NCBI GenBank assembly: GCA_964542925.1
Contig: CAZIWG010000003.1
Span: 10,763-74,762 of the forward strand
Source: an uncultured Granulosicoccaceae bacterium
Lineage (GTDB): Bacteria; Pseudomonadota; Gammaproteobacteria; AKS1
Direction: 5' to 3'
Length of the DNA: 64,000 nucleotides
Shown: piece by piece, positions 1 to 11,193 of the stretch
Layout of the letters: every line of letters begins with the position of its first letter
Numbering within the stretch: the stretch's first letter is position 1
Made by a program: the position numbers and the translations under genes
The notes under the pieces: model-generated
What the model saw: the letters and a program-made list of their open reading frames with translations, nothing else
What the model was told of the DNA's origin: nothing
Databases searched by the model: none

Positions 1-31
1 GGGTTATCTGGATGAATTTCAAAAAATTGGC

Positions 32-877
32 TCATAAATTGTCTTCAGGCCAAAATTCACTTTCCCAGACCGTTTTACAATTATCAGGCATCGGTCTTAA
101 ACGCCCTAACTCAATCCATTGATTTTCAGGACCATGGTAATCACTGCCTTGCGAAGCAAATAAACCGGCCTTTTTAGCATGATTCGCCATCGTTTGGGTT
201 TCATCTGCACTGTGGCTACCCGAGACAACTTCCATACCAAGACCACCGATTTTTTTGAACTCTGCCAATAACTTACGCAATCGACCTGCTGTTAGGCGAT
301 AGCGAGCAGGATGAGCAATAATCGGAATACCGCCAGCACCTCGCACCCACGTTACCGCTTCCTCAATATCCGCCCACTTTCCAGGCACATAGCCCGGTTT
401 TCCTCGAACCAGATATTTCCTAAAGACCTCACGAATATCTTTACAATAACCGGCATCCACCAAAAAACGAGCATAATGGGTACGCGCAATCAAAGCACCT
501 TGCGCGAAGGCCTTCGCCCCTTCGTAGCTACCTTCGATACATTTTTTAGTCAATCGTCGCCCAATTTCTTCTGCCCGCCAAGCTCGATACTCACAGATCT
601 TCTCTAAACCATCGAGTAAAGGTTGGTACGTCGGATCAATACCCAAGCCGAGCATATGAATGGTTTGGCCATTCCAACTCGTCGATATTTCAACACCGTT
701 AATTAACGTGATACCAAGCTGTTTAGCCGCTTCAGCTGCCTCGGTAAGACCTTCCACACTGTCGTGATCCGTTAACGCAAGCACATTGACCTCTTGTTTT
801 GAGGCGTGAGCCAACAGTTCGCTAGGCGACAGCGTGCCATCTGAAATCGTGCTATGTGAGTGAAGATCAATAATCAT
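32..877 (-). CDS. yciV: PHP-domain metal-dependent phosphoesterase (TrpH/YciV, RNase AM-like)
   Basis: Translation starts MIIDLHSHSTISDG...LALTDHDSVEG, the PHP-domain His/Asp metal motifs. About 281 aa. The ORF-track start at 907 is a TTG; the first ATG in the family-typical position is 877. Lies next to yciB/yciI as in enterics. Confidence 0.85.
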   Translation of the reverse strand: MIIDLHSHSTISDGTLSPSELLAHASKQEVNVLALTDHDSVEGLTEAAEAAKQLGITLINGVEISTSWNGQTIHMLGLGIDPTYQPLLDGLEKICEYRAWRAEEIGRRLTKKCIEGSYEGAKAFAQGALIARTHYARFLVDAGYCKDIREVFRKYLVRGKPGYVPGKWADIEEAVTWVRGAGGIPIIAHPARYRLTAGRLRKLLAEFKKIGGLGMEVVSGSHSADETQTMANHAKKAGLFASQGSDYHGPENQWIELGRLRPMPDNCKTVWESEFWPEDNL

Positions 878-1027
878 TGCGGGCACATTGTATAGGGATA
901 ATGCCAAAACACGAACATTTCTTGCTCGTAGGCGAATTCAGGCAGACAAAAGGCCACTTGCTCGGGCATAATAAGGTTCAAATTTGACCTAGTTGGAGTA
1001 GTGGCGATACCGCCAGACATTCATATT

Positions 1028-1594
1028 ATGAAAATGCTGTTCGATTTTTTTCCAATTTTGCTATTTTTCATTGCGTTCAAAACCTATGACATTTATGTGG
1101 CAACTATTACCGCCATTGTCGCGACCTTCATTCAAGTCGCCTTATTCTGGCTCAAATACCGTCGTTTTGAAAAAATGCATGTCATCACGTTGGTGCTGAT
1201 TAGCGTCTTTGGTGGTATCTCCATCTACTTACAGAACCCACTGTATATAAAATTAAAAACAACCATCCTTGAATGGGTGTTTGCACTGGTCTTTATCGGC
1301 AGCCAATACATCGGTGATAGAAACATCGTCAAAAGAATGATGAGCAGTGCCATGGAAGCCCCTGAACATATTTGGAAACGACTCAACTTCGCTTGGGCTG
1401 GTTTCTTTATTCTTGTGGGTTTTGTTAATTTGTATGTCATCTATAATTTCGATACCGATGCATGGGTTGATTTCAAAACCTTTGGCATGCTCGGCATGAC
1501 CATTGCATTTGTCATCTTACAAGGTATATTTATGGCGAAATACGTTATCCAAGACGATGACGATGAAAAATCAAACGAAGAAGAAACAAAATAA
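1028..1594 (+). CDS. yciB: Intracellular septation protein A (YciB/IspZ family inner-membrane protein)
   Basis: [26 protein letters not shown]... is the typical YciB N-terminus. About 5 TM segments and an acidic C-tail. ORF-track start 1001 is GTG; the ATG at 1028 fits family length. Confidence 0.88.
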   Translation: MKMLFDFFPILLFFIAFKTYDIYVATITAIVATFIQVALFWLKYRRFEKMHVITLVLISVFGGISIYLQNPLYIKLKTTILEWVFALVFIGSQYIGDRNIVKRMMSSAMEAPEHIWKRLNFAWAGFFILVGFVNLYVIYNFDTDAWVDFKTFGMLGMTIAFVILQGIFMAKYVIQDDDDEKSNEEETK

Positions 1595-1893
1595 TGCTCT
1601 ATGCCATCATTAGTGAAGATGTCTCTGACAGTCTCGAAAAACGCTTAAGTGTGCGTCCCGCACATGTTAAGCGGTTAAACCAATTAAATGACCAAGCTCG
1701 TTTGATATTAGCTGGCCCTCACCCTGCGATTGATAATGAAGATCCGGGACCTGCAGGATTTACCGGCAGCCTGATTGTTGCTGAATTTGAATCACTGCAA
1801 GCCGCACAACAATGGGCAGATGCAGACCCCTATATTGAGGCAGGCGTTTACCAACGTGTTGTCGTTAAACCCTTTAAAAAGGTACTACCATGA
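1594..1893 (+). CDS. yciI: YciI-like protein
   Basis: 99 aa, [10 protein letters not shown]...[12 protein letters not shown]...LILAGP, a YciI-family pattern. The start overlaps the yciB stop (TAATG). Conserved yciB-yciI pairing. Confidence 0.8.
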   Translation: MLYAIISEDVSDSLEKRLSVRPAHVKRLNQLNDQARLILAGPHPAIDNEDPGPAGFTGSLIVAEFESLQAAQQWADADPYIEAGVYQRVVVKPFKKVLP

Positions 1894-2162
1894 TCGATAA
1901 CAGCAAACGTATCCCTCGCATCAAACAATTACTTTCAGATGGCCTTAACGCAGACAGTGTCGATGTCATTGATGAAAGCCACAAACATGCGGGTCATGCC
2001 GGTGCTAAAACAGGCATGGGTCATTTTGAAGTACACATCGTTGCCAGCGCCTTCGCTGACAAGTCCTTACTAGAAAGACACCGCATGGTGTACGACGCAT
2101 TAGGTGATATGATGCAAACAGACATTCATGCTCTCAGCATTACAGCTTCAACACCCTCGTAA
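1890..2162 (+). CDS. BolA-family protein
   Basis: 90 aa with ...[11 protein letters not shown]...[27 protein letters not shown], a BolA-family signature. ATGA overlap with yciI. Confidence 0.85.
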   Translation: MIDNSKRIPRIKQLLSDGLNADSVDVIDESHKHAGHAGAKTGMGHFEVHIVASAFADKSLLERHRMVYDALGDMMQTDIHALSITASTPS

Positions 2163-2170
2163 CCACAGGA

Positions 2171-3124
2171 ATGGATATGAAAAAAATAAAATTAATTCTC
2201 ATTGGTCTTACTATCACAGTACTGCTTTCAGCATGTGGTGGTGGCGGTGATAAAACAACGGCATCAGAAACTGACGGGAAAAAAGACATCGCAGAAACAA
2301 TCAGCAAGACCACCGACCCAGAGAACAATAAATCCAGTGATATCATTGCGGTTGTTAATGGTGAAAATATTTTAGAAGAAAATTTTGCTGCTTACGTCAA
2401 ACAACGCAAAGCAGGAAAACCCAAGGGTAGCGAAATATCCGATGCACGCATGCTTGATGAATTTATTAATTTTGAACTTGCGGTACAAGATGCAGAAAAG
2501 AAAGGTCTGCAAAATAATACAACAATAGTGAAAGAGCTAGAAAACCAACGTAGAACCTTGCTTGTTAATGCCGCGTTTAATGATTTCGTTTTAAACAACC
2601 CACTAACCGATGAAGAAATGCGCAAAGACTACGAGTCAAGAATGTCTGAACTAACATTAACAGAATACCGTCTTCGTCATATCCTTCTTGATAAAAGTGA
2701 TGACGCTACTGCTGCCATGAAAGAGCTTAATAATGGTAGCAATTTTATTGCTATGGTTAAGAAATATTCCACCGGGCCTTCAGTAAATGAAGATGGCTTG
2801 CTCGGCTGGCAATCAGAATTTGACTTGCTTCCAGAGTTCCGCGCACCGATCAGTAAATTAAAAAAAGGTCAATATGCAAGAACACCTATTAAAACCCAAT
2901 TTGGTTGGCATATTGTTTATCTTGATGATATCCGCGTTACTCCACCACCCAAATACGAAGAAGTCAAAGATCGTGTTCGCGTTGTATTACAGCGCCGACA
3001 GGTCGAAGACTATTTTTTAAAATTACGCACATCAGCAAACATCAAAATCATTGAGTTTGAAGATAGCAACCCTAATATCCCTCAACATCAAGGCGTGAAT
3101 ATTAAAAGTTATTCTAATAACTAA
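2171..3124 (+). CDS. Parvulin-type peptidyl-prolyl cis-trans isomerase, lipoprotein (PpiC/PrsA-like)
   Basis: Signal peptide with lipobox LLSAC|GGGG. C-terminal rotamase motif GPSVNEDGLLGW...FGWHIVYLDD. Confidence 0.8.
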   Translation: MDMKKIKLILIGLTITVLLSACGGGGDKTTASETDGKKDIAETISKTTDPENNKSSDIIAVVNGENILEENFAAYVKQRKAGKPKGSEISDARMLDEFINFELAVQDAEKKGLQNNTTIVKELENQRRTLLVNAAFNDFVLNNPLTDEEMRKDYESRMSELTLTEYRLRHILLDKSDDATAAMKELNNGSNFIAMVKKYSTGPSVNEDGLLGWQSEFDLLPEFRAPISKLKKGQYARTPIKTQFGWHIVYLDDIRVTPPPKYEEVKDRVRVVLQRRQVEDYFLKLRTSANIKIIEFEDSNPNIPQHQGVNIKSYSNN

Positions 3125-3158
3125 GGCAATGATGTAAATATAGATTTGGTCTAAACAC

Positions 3159-3491
3159 ATGCGTAAATACTATTTAATAATTTTGTTACCTCTATTATCG
3201 TCGTCGCATGTATTAGCTGACAATGATCCATATGCTATTTGTTCTATCGGTGGCTTCTTTCGTGGCACCAATAACAAATTCATGTCTGGTATCACTACCC
3301 ACATCATTAGCCGCAAAAAGATATTTAATAACCCAACCTGCATTAAGCTGCACAATAAATCATTCAAAATAGGCAGGAAATTAGTTGCCGGTGACAACAT
3401 CAATAATCAACAAGAAATAAAGATCATCAATAGCGCCAATGACTTTAGAGAAAAAGTCTACAAAACTATTAGTATTCACATGGGTTATTAA
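3159..3491 (+). CDS. Hypothetical small secreted protein
   Basis: 110-aa ORF with an N-terminal signal-like segment MRKYYLIILLPLLSSSHVLA|DN. No recognisable family. AT-rich. Confidence 0.4.
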   Translation: MRKYYLIILLPLLSSSHVLADNDPYAICSIGGFFRGTNNKFMSGITTHIISRKKIFNNPTCIKLHNKSFKIGRKLVAGDNINNQQEIKIINSANDFREKVYKTISIHMGY

Positions 3492-3596
3492 AATAGATCG
3501 ATCTCATTATCCGTTTTAGTAGAACTCACTACGGTATTAATTAATTTAACAAAACCACAAAAAACACATGAGATAATAACCATGCGAAAATAAAAA

Positions 3597-5654
<2,058 letters not shown>

Positions 5655-5705
5655 TTATTTTTAGGCTATCATTCAACTAATAATATCAATAAATAGGGTT
5701 CGAAT

Positions 5706-7406
5706 GTGCAGTTAGTCCATGGTATTCACTTTAATAATATTCGAGGGGATATTTATGGTGGTCTAACCGCTGCAGTGGTTGCATTACCTCTCGCGCTGGC
5801 AATGGGCGTTTCCTCTGGTGCAGGTCCTATCGCAGGAGTTTACGGGGCTATTTTTGTTGGTTTCTTTGCAGCACTATTCGGTGGTACCCCTTCTCAGGTA
5901 TCAGGTCCTACCGGCCCAATGACCGTAGTCATGGCTGTTATTTTTACTGAATATACCAGTATGTTTCCCGATGATCCTGCTCATGGTGCATCGCTCGCCT
6001 TTACTGTCGTTATTATGGGAGGTTTATTTCAGATTTTATTTGGTGCGCTCAAACTTGGCAAATACATTAATCTTATCCCCCACCCTGTTACATCCGGCTT
6101 TATGTCAGGAATTGGTGTCATTATTATCCTTCTGCAACTTGGGCCTTTATTCGGTCATATCGCACAATCCGGCACACTTGATTCACTAGAAGCAGTACCT
6201 CATATATTTAGTAATCCTGTTTACTCCTCTGTCTTCATCGCGGGTCTGGCTCTTATTATTGTTTATCTCTCACCAAAAAAAATAAACGCCTTAATTCCCT
6301 CTCCACTGCTTGCGCTTATCATTGGGACAATGGTGCTTTATTTTTGGCAAGGCGGCGATATTACGACCAACATCGAACACGGCAAAACCATCTATAAACT
6401 GGGTGATGTATCTGTACTTGGAAATATACCTACCGGATTTCCTATCCCCCATTTGCCTATTTTCGAAATAGGTCTTATAGCAGGTATGGTTAAATCAGCC
6501 ATCATTCTTGCCGCACTAGGCGCCATTGATTCATTACTCACTTCTCTAGTTGCAGATAGCATGACGCGTACCTACCATGAATCAAATCGTGAGTTAATCG
6601 GTCAAGGCATTGGCAATACAATTGCGGGACTTTTTGGCGGCCTTCCCGGTGCCGGTGCCACCATGCGTACCGTCGTAAATATCCGTGCAGGTGGCGTTAC
6701 CCCTATCTCCGGCGTATTGCATGCACTTGTTTTGCTCAGCATCATATTGGGTGCCGGGGTTGTTGCAAAATATATCCCTCATGCCTTACTAGCGGGAATT
6801 TTAATTAAAGTCGGCACTGATATTATTGATTGGGATTATTTAAAACGCATTAAACACGCCCCAAAAGCAGGTGTGTTAATTATGTTTACGGTGCTATTTA
6901 GCACGGTCTTCGTAGATCTTATTTTTGCAGTGGCACTCGGCATGGTCATGGCATCGTTCTTGTTTATGCAGCGCATGGCAACACTACAAATAGATTCCAT
7001 GACCGTCATGACATCCGCAGATGATGTGGCGCATCTTAATGATGAAGAATCGGCACTCTTGGATACCGCTGACGGCCGAGTACTTTACTTCCATATATCA
7101 GGACCCATGAGTTTTACCGCTGCCAAAGGTATTGCAAGACGCTTAGTCGGTTTTGATGGCTACGATGTACTGGTTATCGACCTATCTGATGTACCGCAAA
7201 TTGATTTCACCTCCACACGAGCGCTTGACGACATTATTCATGATGCACAAGATAGTGGGCGTAAAGCCTACCTTTCAGGATGCCGCGACCAAATTTGCTC
7301 AATGTTGATGAATCAAGGCGTCATTGCAGCAGACCAAGTTGCTGAAGCTCGCATGAGTCGAATTGCAGTCCTTAAAAAAGCCCTGCAAACAATCAAAGAC
7401 AAATAA
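5706..7406 (+). CDS. SulP-family anion transporter with C-terminal STAS domain
   Basis: 566 aa with a GTG start. GDIYGGLTAAVVALPLALAMG..., then GTPSQVSGPTGPMTVVMA and a C-terminal STAS-like region (VLVIDLSDVPQIDFTSTRAL). Substrate (sulfate, bicarbonate or other) cannot be read from the sequence. Confidence 0.88.
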   Translation: MQLVHGIHFNNIRGDIYGGLTAAVVALPLALAMGVSSGAGPIAGVYGAIFVGFFAALFGGTPSQVSGPTGPMTVVMAVIFTEYTSMFPDDPAHGASLAFTVVIMGGLFQILFGALKLGKYINLIPHPVTSGFMSGIGVIIILLQLGPLFGHIAQSGTLDSLEAVPHIFSNPVYSSVFIAGLALIIVYLSPKKINALIPSPLLALIIGTMVLYFWQGGDITTNIEHGKTIYKLGDVSVLGNIPTGFPIPHLPIFEIGLIAGMVKSAIILAALGAIDSLLTSLVADSMTRTYHESNRELIGQGIGNTIAGLFGGLPGAGATMRTVVNIRAGGVTPISGVLHALVLLSIILGAGVVAKYIPHALLAGILIKVGTDIIDWDYLKRIKHAPKAGVLIMFTVLFSTVFVDLIFAVALGMVMASFLFMQRMATLQIDSMTVMTSADDVAHLNDEESALLDTADGRVLYFHISGPMSFTAAKGIARRLVGFDGYDVLVIDLSDVPQIDFTSTRALDDIIHDAQDSGRKAYLSGCRDQICSMLMNQGVIAADQVAEARMSRIAVLKKALQTIKDK

Positions 7407-7426
7407 CACGCTAATTATAGCCCTGA

Positions 7427-7456
7427 TGTACATATATTAGCATTTCATGTTATAAT
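7427..7456 (+). promoter_or_regulatory. Candidate sigma70 promoter with extended -10 upstream of the eptA-like gene
   Basis: TGTACA (7427-7432), 18-nt spacer, TGtTATAAT (TG at 7448-7449, TATAAT at 7451-7456), about 115 nt upstream of the ATG at 7572. Pattern match only. Confidence 0.3.
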
Positions 7457-7571
7457 GTCGCGATAGGTATTTAGGCTGTTACAACATGCCTATTCGCACA
7501 TCCAATCCTCTGTGATAAATCACCTATTTCATATATTTATTGAGTAATATTTTAGTACGTGGACTTTTTTT

Positions 7572-9206
7572 ATGATGCTCACCGACTCTAAAAGCCAGAG
7601 CTGGTTGATTATAATATCAACGTTATTTCTGATGTTATTTACTAATGTCGCCTTTTTTAAAGGTGTTGTTGGTGTGTACCCGTTTGTCCTGGAAAATATT
7701 GCCTTTTTAATATCTGTTTTTATCTTATTTTATTGCTTAACTGCCATTATTTTATCGCTGTTTTGTTACCGATACACCATTAAACCCGTACTCATTATCA
7801 TTTTACTGCTTTCATCTTTTACTGCCTATTTCATGGATAGTTACTCAAGCATCATTGATGAAACGATGATTGAGAATATTCTGCAAACGAATATGCAAGA
7901 AGCCATCGATTTATTTAGTATCAAACAAGTGCTTTATGTTTTTTTTCTTGGTGTATTACCCTCATTATTTATTTATAAAACAACTATTACTAAAACGTCA
8001 TTACTACGAGCGACTATTTCAAAAATAAAATTAATTGGCGTGCTAACCATGATTTCAGTTGCTATTTTATGGTTATTTTCTGACTACTATTTCTCGTTCT
8101 TTCGTGAGCACCGTTCATTACGATATTACATCAACCCTGTTTACTACATGATGTCTATTAGTAAATACGCTACTCGATCATACCGCCACCCCGAACTCCC
8201 CCTGCAGAAAATCGCAACGGATGCAGAAATATCTTCCGGAGACGATGATCGTGAATTAATCATTTTTGTTATCGGTGAAACTGCACGCGCCGATCATTTT
8301 TCACTAAATGGCTATAAGAAAAAAACCAATCCATTACTAGAAAAACTAAACATTATTAACTTCACAAATGTTAGTTCATGCGGAACATCAACTGCACATT
8401 CAGTCCCTTGTATGTTCTCAATCTACACACGCGATAATTATGATAAGAACAAAATCAAGAACACTGAAAACATTTTAGATATTCTTCAAAAAGTTGGTGT
8501 TAATGTACTTTGGTTAGACAATAACTCAAGTTCCAAAGGTGTTGCAGACAGAGTTCCTTATCAGGATTTTCGTACAGCAGAAAATAACCCTTTATGTGAT
8601 ATAGAGTGCCGCGACGAAGGTATGCTAGTTAATTTACAGGATTATATTGATAGCCACCCTACTGGTGATATTTTCATCGCTTTACATCAAATGGGGAATC
8701 ATGGCCCTGCTTATTACAAACGTTACCCTAAAGCGTTTGAAAAGTTCACGCCAACCTGTAAAACAAACCAATTCGAATCTTGTTCGAAACAACAAATTAG
8801 TAACGCCTATGATAATGCGATTATTTATACCGATTACTTCTTATCTAAGGTCATTGAATTACTTAAGAACAATTCAAATAAATTTGAGTCCGCCCTATTT
8901 TATGCCAGCGATCATGGTGAATCATTGGGTGAAAATGGTTTATACCTGCATGGTCTACCCTACATGATGGCACCCGATGCACAGAAAAAAATACCCTTCA
9001 TACTTTGGTTTAGTGAAAGCTTTGATGCTGATGACATTAATATGCATTTGCTAAAATCTAAAGTAAACACACCCTTATCTCATGACAATATCTTTCATAC
9101 TTTACTAGGTTTATTTGAAGTCAACACCCATGTTTACGAAAAAACCCTTGATTTAACCGAATACAAAAATTCACCACATAACAGCAATACTGACGACAAT
9201 AGGTAG
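7572..9206 (+). CDS. eptA: Phosphoethanolamine--lipid A transferase (EptA/PmrC/MCR family)
   Basis: 544 aa. About 5 N-terminal TM helices plus a sulfatase-fold domain. Family motifs are IGETARADHFSLNGY (nucleophile Thr), HQMGNHGPAYYKRYP and YASDHGESLGENGLYLHGLPY, all near-identical to the motifs I recall for EptA/MCR-1. Confidence 0.9.
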   Translation: MMLTDSKSQSWLIIISTLFLMLFTNVAFFKGVVGVYPFVLENIAFLISVFILFYCLTAIILSLFCYRYTIKPVLIIILLLSSFTAYFMDSYSSIIDETMIENILQTNMQEAIDLFSIKQVLYVFFLGVLPSLFIYKTTITKTSLLRATISKIKLIGVLTMISVAILWLFSDYYFSFFREHRSLRYYINPVYYMMSISKYATRSYRHPELPLQKIATDAEISSGDDDRELIIFVIGETARADHFSLNGYKKKTNPLLEKLNIINFTNVSSCGTSTAHSVPCMFSIYTRDNYDKNKIKNTENILDILQKVGVNVLWLDNNSSSKGVADRVPYQDFRTAENNPLCDIECRDEGMLVNLQDYIDSHPTGDIFIALHQMGNHGPAYYKRYPKAFEKFTPTCKTNQFESCSKQQISNAYDNAIIYTDYFLSKVIELLKNNSNKFESALFYASDHGESLGENGLYLHGLPYMMAPDAQKKIPFILWFSESFDADDINMHLLKSKVNTPLSHDNIFHTLLGLFEVNTHVYEKTLDLTEYKNSPHNSNTDDNR

Positions 9207-9209
9207 ACT

Positions 9210-10937
9210 ATGAAACTCGAATCACTTTTCCCGTTCATGCTTTGGTTCAAATTTGTAACTAAAGAAAGCATTAGAGCAGATTTCTTTGCCGGACTTACCG
9301 GTGCTGTTATTGTTTTACCTCAAGGTGTTGCTTTCGCAACCATCGCTGGTTTACCTCCTGAATACGGATTATATACGGCAATGGTAACGCCTATCATTGC
9401 TGCATTATTTGGTTCATCGTTTCATTTGGTCTCTGGACCGACAACCGCTATTTCCATCGTAGTGTTTTCAGCTATTAGTCACCATGCTACACCTGGCACA
9501 CCTGAGTTCTTATCATTAACTCTTACATTGACCTTTCTTGCCGGTGTTTACCAATTAGCATTTGGTCTGGCGCGAATGGGATCATTGGTTAACTTTGTAT
9601 CACATACGGTCGTTATTGGTTTTACCGCAGGTGCAGCTATATTAATTGCTACAAGCCAACTAAAACACATAACAGGTATTGCTGTATCAAAAGGAAGCTC
9701 ATTCATTAGCACTTGGATTGATTTGTTTGCAGGTATAGGTTCGCTTAATATTTATCTTTTAATTATTGCACTAGCAACGTTAATAACAGCGCTCTTATCT
9801 AAAAAATTCTTCCCTAAAATGCCAAACCTATTATTTGGTATGATAGTGGGCAGTGTGATTGCATTACTTCTTAAAGATATGGCAACAGATATTAAGCTGG
9901 TTGGAGAAATTCCTGCGCATTTACCACCACTGTCTGTACCCGATTTTTCTCTAACAACTATAAAATTACTTGCACCAGAAGCGTTTGCCGTAGCGCTACT
10001 TGGTCTCATTGAAGCAGTTTCAATTAGTCGTGCTGTTGCATCAAAATCAAATCAACGCATCAACCCAAACCAAGAATTCATTGGACAAGGTATGTCTAAT
10101 ATAGCAGGCAGTTTTTTATCCAGTTATGCAGGCTCAGGTTCGTTCACACGTTCAGGTATCAACTATGAAGCGGGTGCTAAAACACCTCTTTCTGCAATCT
10201 TTGCGGCCATTATATTAATGATTATTGTGCTACTAATTGCACCATTAACGGCATACTTACCCGTTGCATCTATGGGGGGAGTCATTCTGCTTGTTGCTTA
10301 CAACTTAATAGACATTAAACATATTTCGCAAATAATTCGTTTTAGTAAACCTGAAACATCAATCTTAGTAACGACATTCTTTGCTACCTTATTCCTGGAA
10401 TTAGAATTTGCTATCTATTTGGGTGTAATACTATCACTCGTTATGTTTCTAGCAAAAACATCAACGCCACGTATTCCTACACTTTCAGTCGACATTGATC
10501 CTGGAACTGATAAGCGAAAATTAATTAATATTAATAAAAAACCTGTTAAACAATGCCCACAATTAAAGATAATTCGCATTGATATGTCTATTTACTTTGG
10601 CTCGGTCAATCATATACAGAAACGCATCGCTAAAATTTCTGAATTTGAAAACATAAATCACATACTGATCGTTGCTAGTGGCATTAACTTTATCGATATT
10701 GCCGGTGCTGAAGCCCTCGTCTCAGAAAACAATCGCCTTAAAAAATCAGGTGGCGGTTTATACTTTGTTGGACTTAAATCATCTGTCTATGAATTTGCGG
10801 CCCGCTCTTGCTTTATTAAGCATATTGGTAACACGCAATTTTTTGACACCAAATCACAAGCAATTGCCAGCATTTATAGACAATTAGATAAAACCATTTG
10901 CTCACAGTGTGATGCAAAAATATTTAAGGAGTGCTAA
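9210..10937 (+). CDS. SulP-family anion transporter with C-terminal STAS domain
   Basis: 575 aa. RADFFAGLTGAVIVLPQGVAFATIAGLPPEYGLYTA, SGPTTAISIVVF, and a STAS-like C-terminus (ILIVASGINFIDIAGAEAL). The start is 3 nt after the eptA stop. Confidence 0.88.
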   Translation: MKLESLFPFMLWFKFVTKESIRADFFAGLTGAVIVLPQGVAFATIAGLPPEYGLYTAMVTPIIAALFGSSFHLVSGPTTAISIVVFSAISHHATPGTPEFLSLTLTLTFLAGVYQLAFGLARMGSLVNFVSHTVVIGFTAGAAILIATSQLKHITGIAVSKGSSFISTWIDLFAGIGSLNIYLLIIALATLITALLSKKFFPKMPNLLFGMIVGSVIALLLKDMATDIKLVGEIPAHLPPLSVPDFSLTTIKLLAPEAFAVALLGLIEAVSISRAVASKSNQRINPNQEFIGQGMSNIAGSFLSSYAGSGSFTRSGINYEAGAKTPLSAIFAAIILMIIVLLIAPLTAYLPVASMGGVILLVAYNLIDIKHISQIIRFSKPETSILVTTFFATLFLELEFAIYLGVILSLVMFLAKTSTPRIPTLSVDIDPGTDKRKLININKKPVKQCPQLKIIRIDMSIYFGSVNHIQKRIAKISEFENINHILIVASGINFIDIAGAEALVSENNRLKKSGGGLYFVGLKSSVYEFAARSCFIKHIGNTQFFDTKSQAIASIYRQLDKTICSQCDAKIFKEC

Positions 10938-11193
10938 TAAATTCTAAAATGCAGGTCATTGAAATTAATAAAATTGTTATATTGTATTAATGAGTGATAT
11001 TATTCGTGGCTTTATTTGCATATAAAGCAAATATTTGTAGATTTTACGCTATTTTAGGTGATGGCGTAACTCAGTAATTTAACATCACGCCGTGTTCAAT
11101 CACACAGGGAATGACGACCATCATTAGAGAGTCGTTATACGTTATCGATGCTAAATTACTGTAACACCAACTTTTATTTTTAAGGACACGACT

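Noticed and set aside
10938-11193. Possible riboswitch or structured leader upstream of the DASS gene, because of several short hairpins (ATTTGC-ATATAAA-GCAAAT; ACGAC...GTCGT).
   Set aside because: The stems are only 5-6 bp and AT-rich. I recognise no riboswitch consensus, so this is not distinguishable from chance structure without covariation data.
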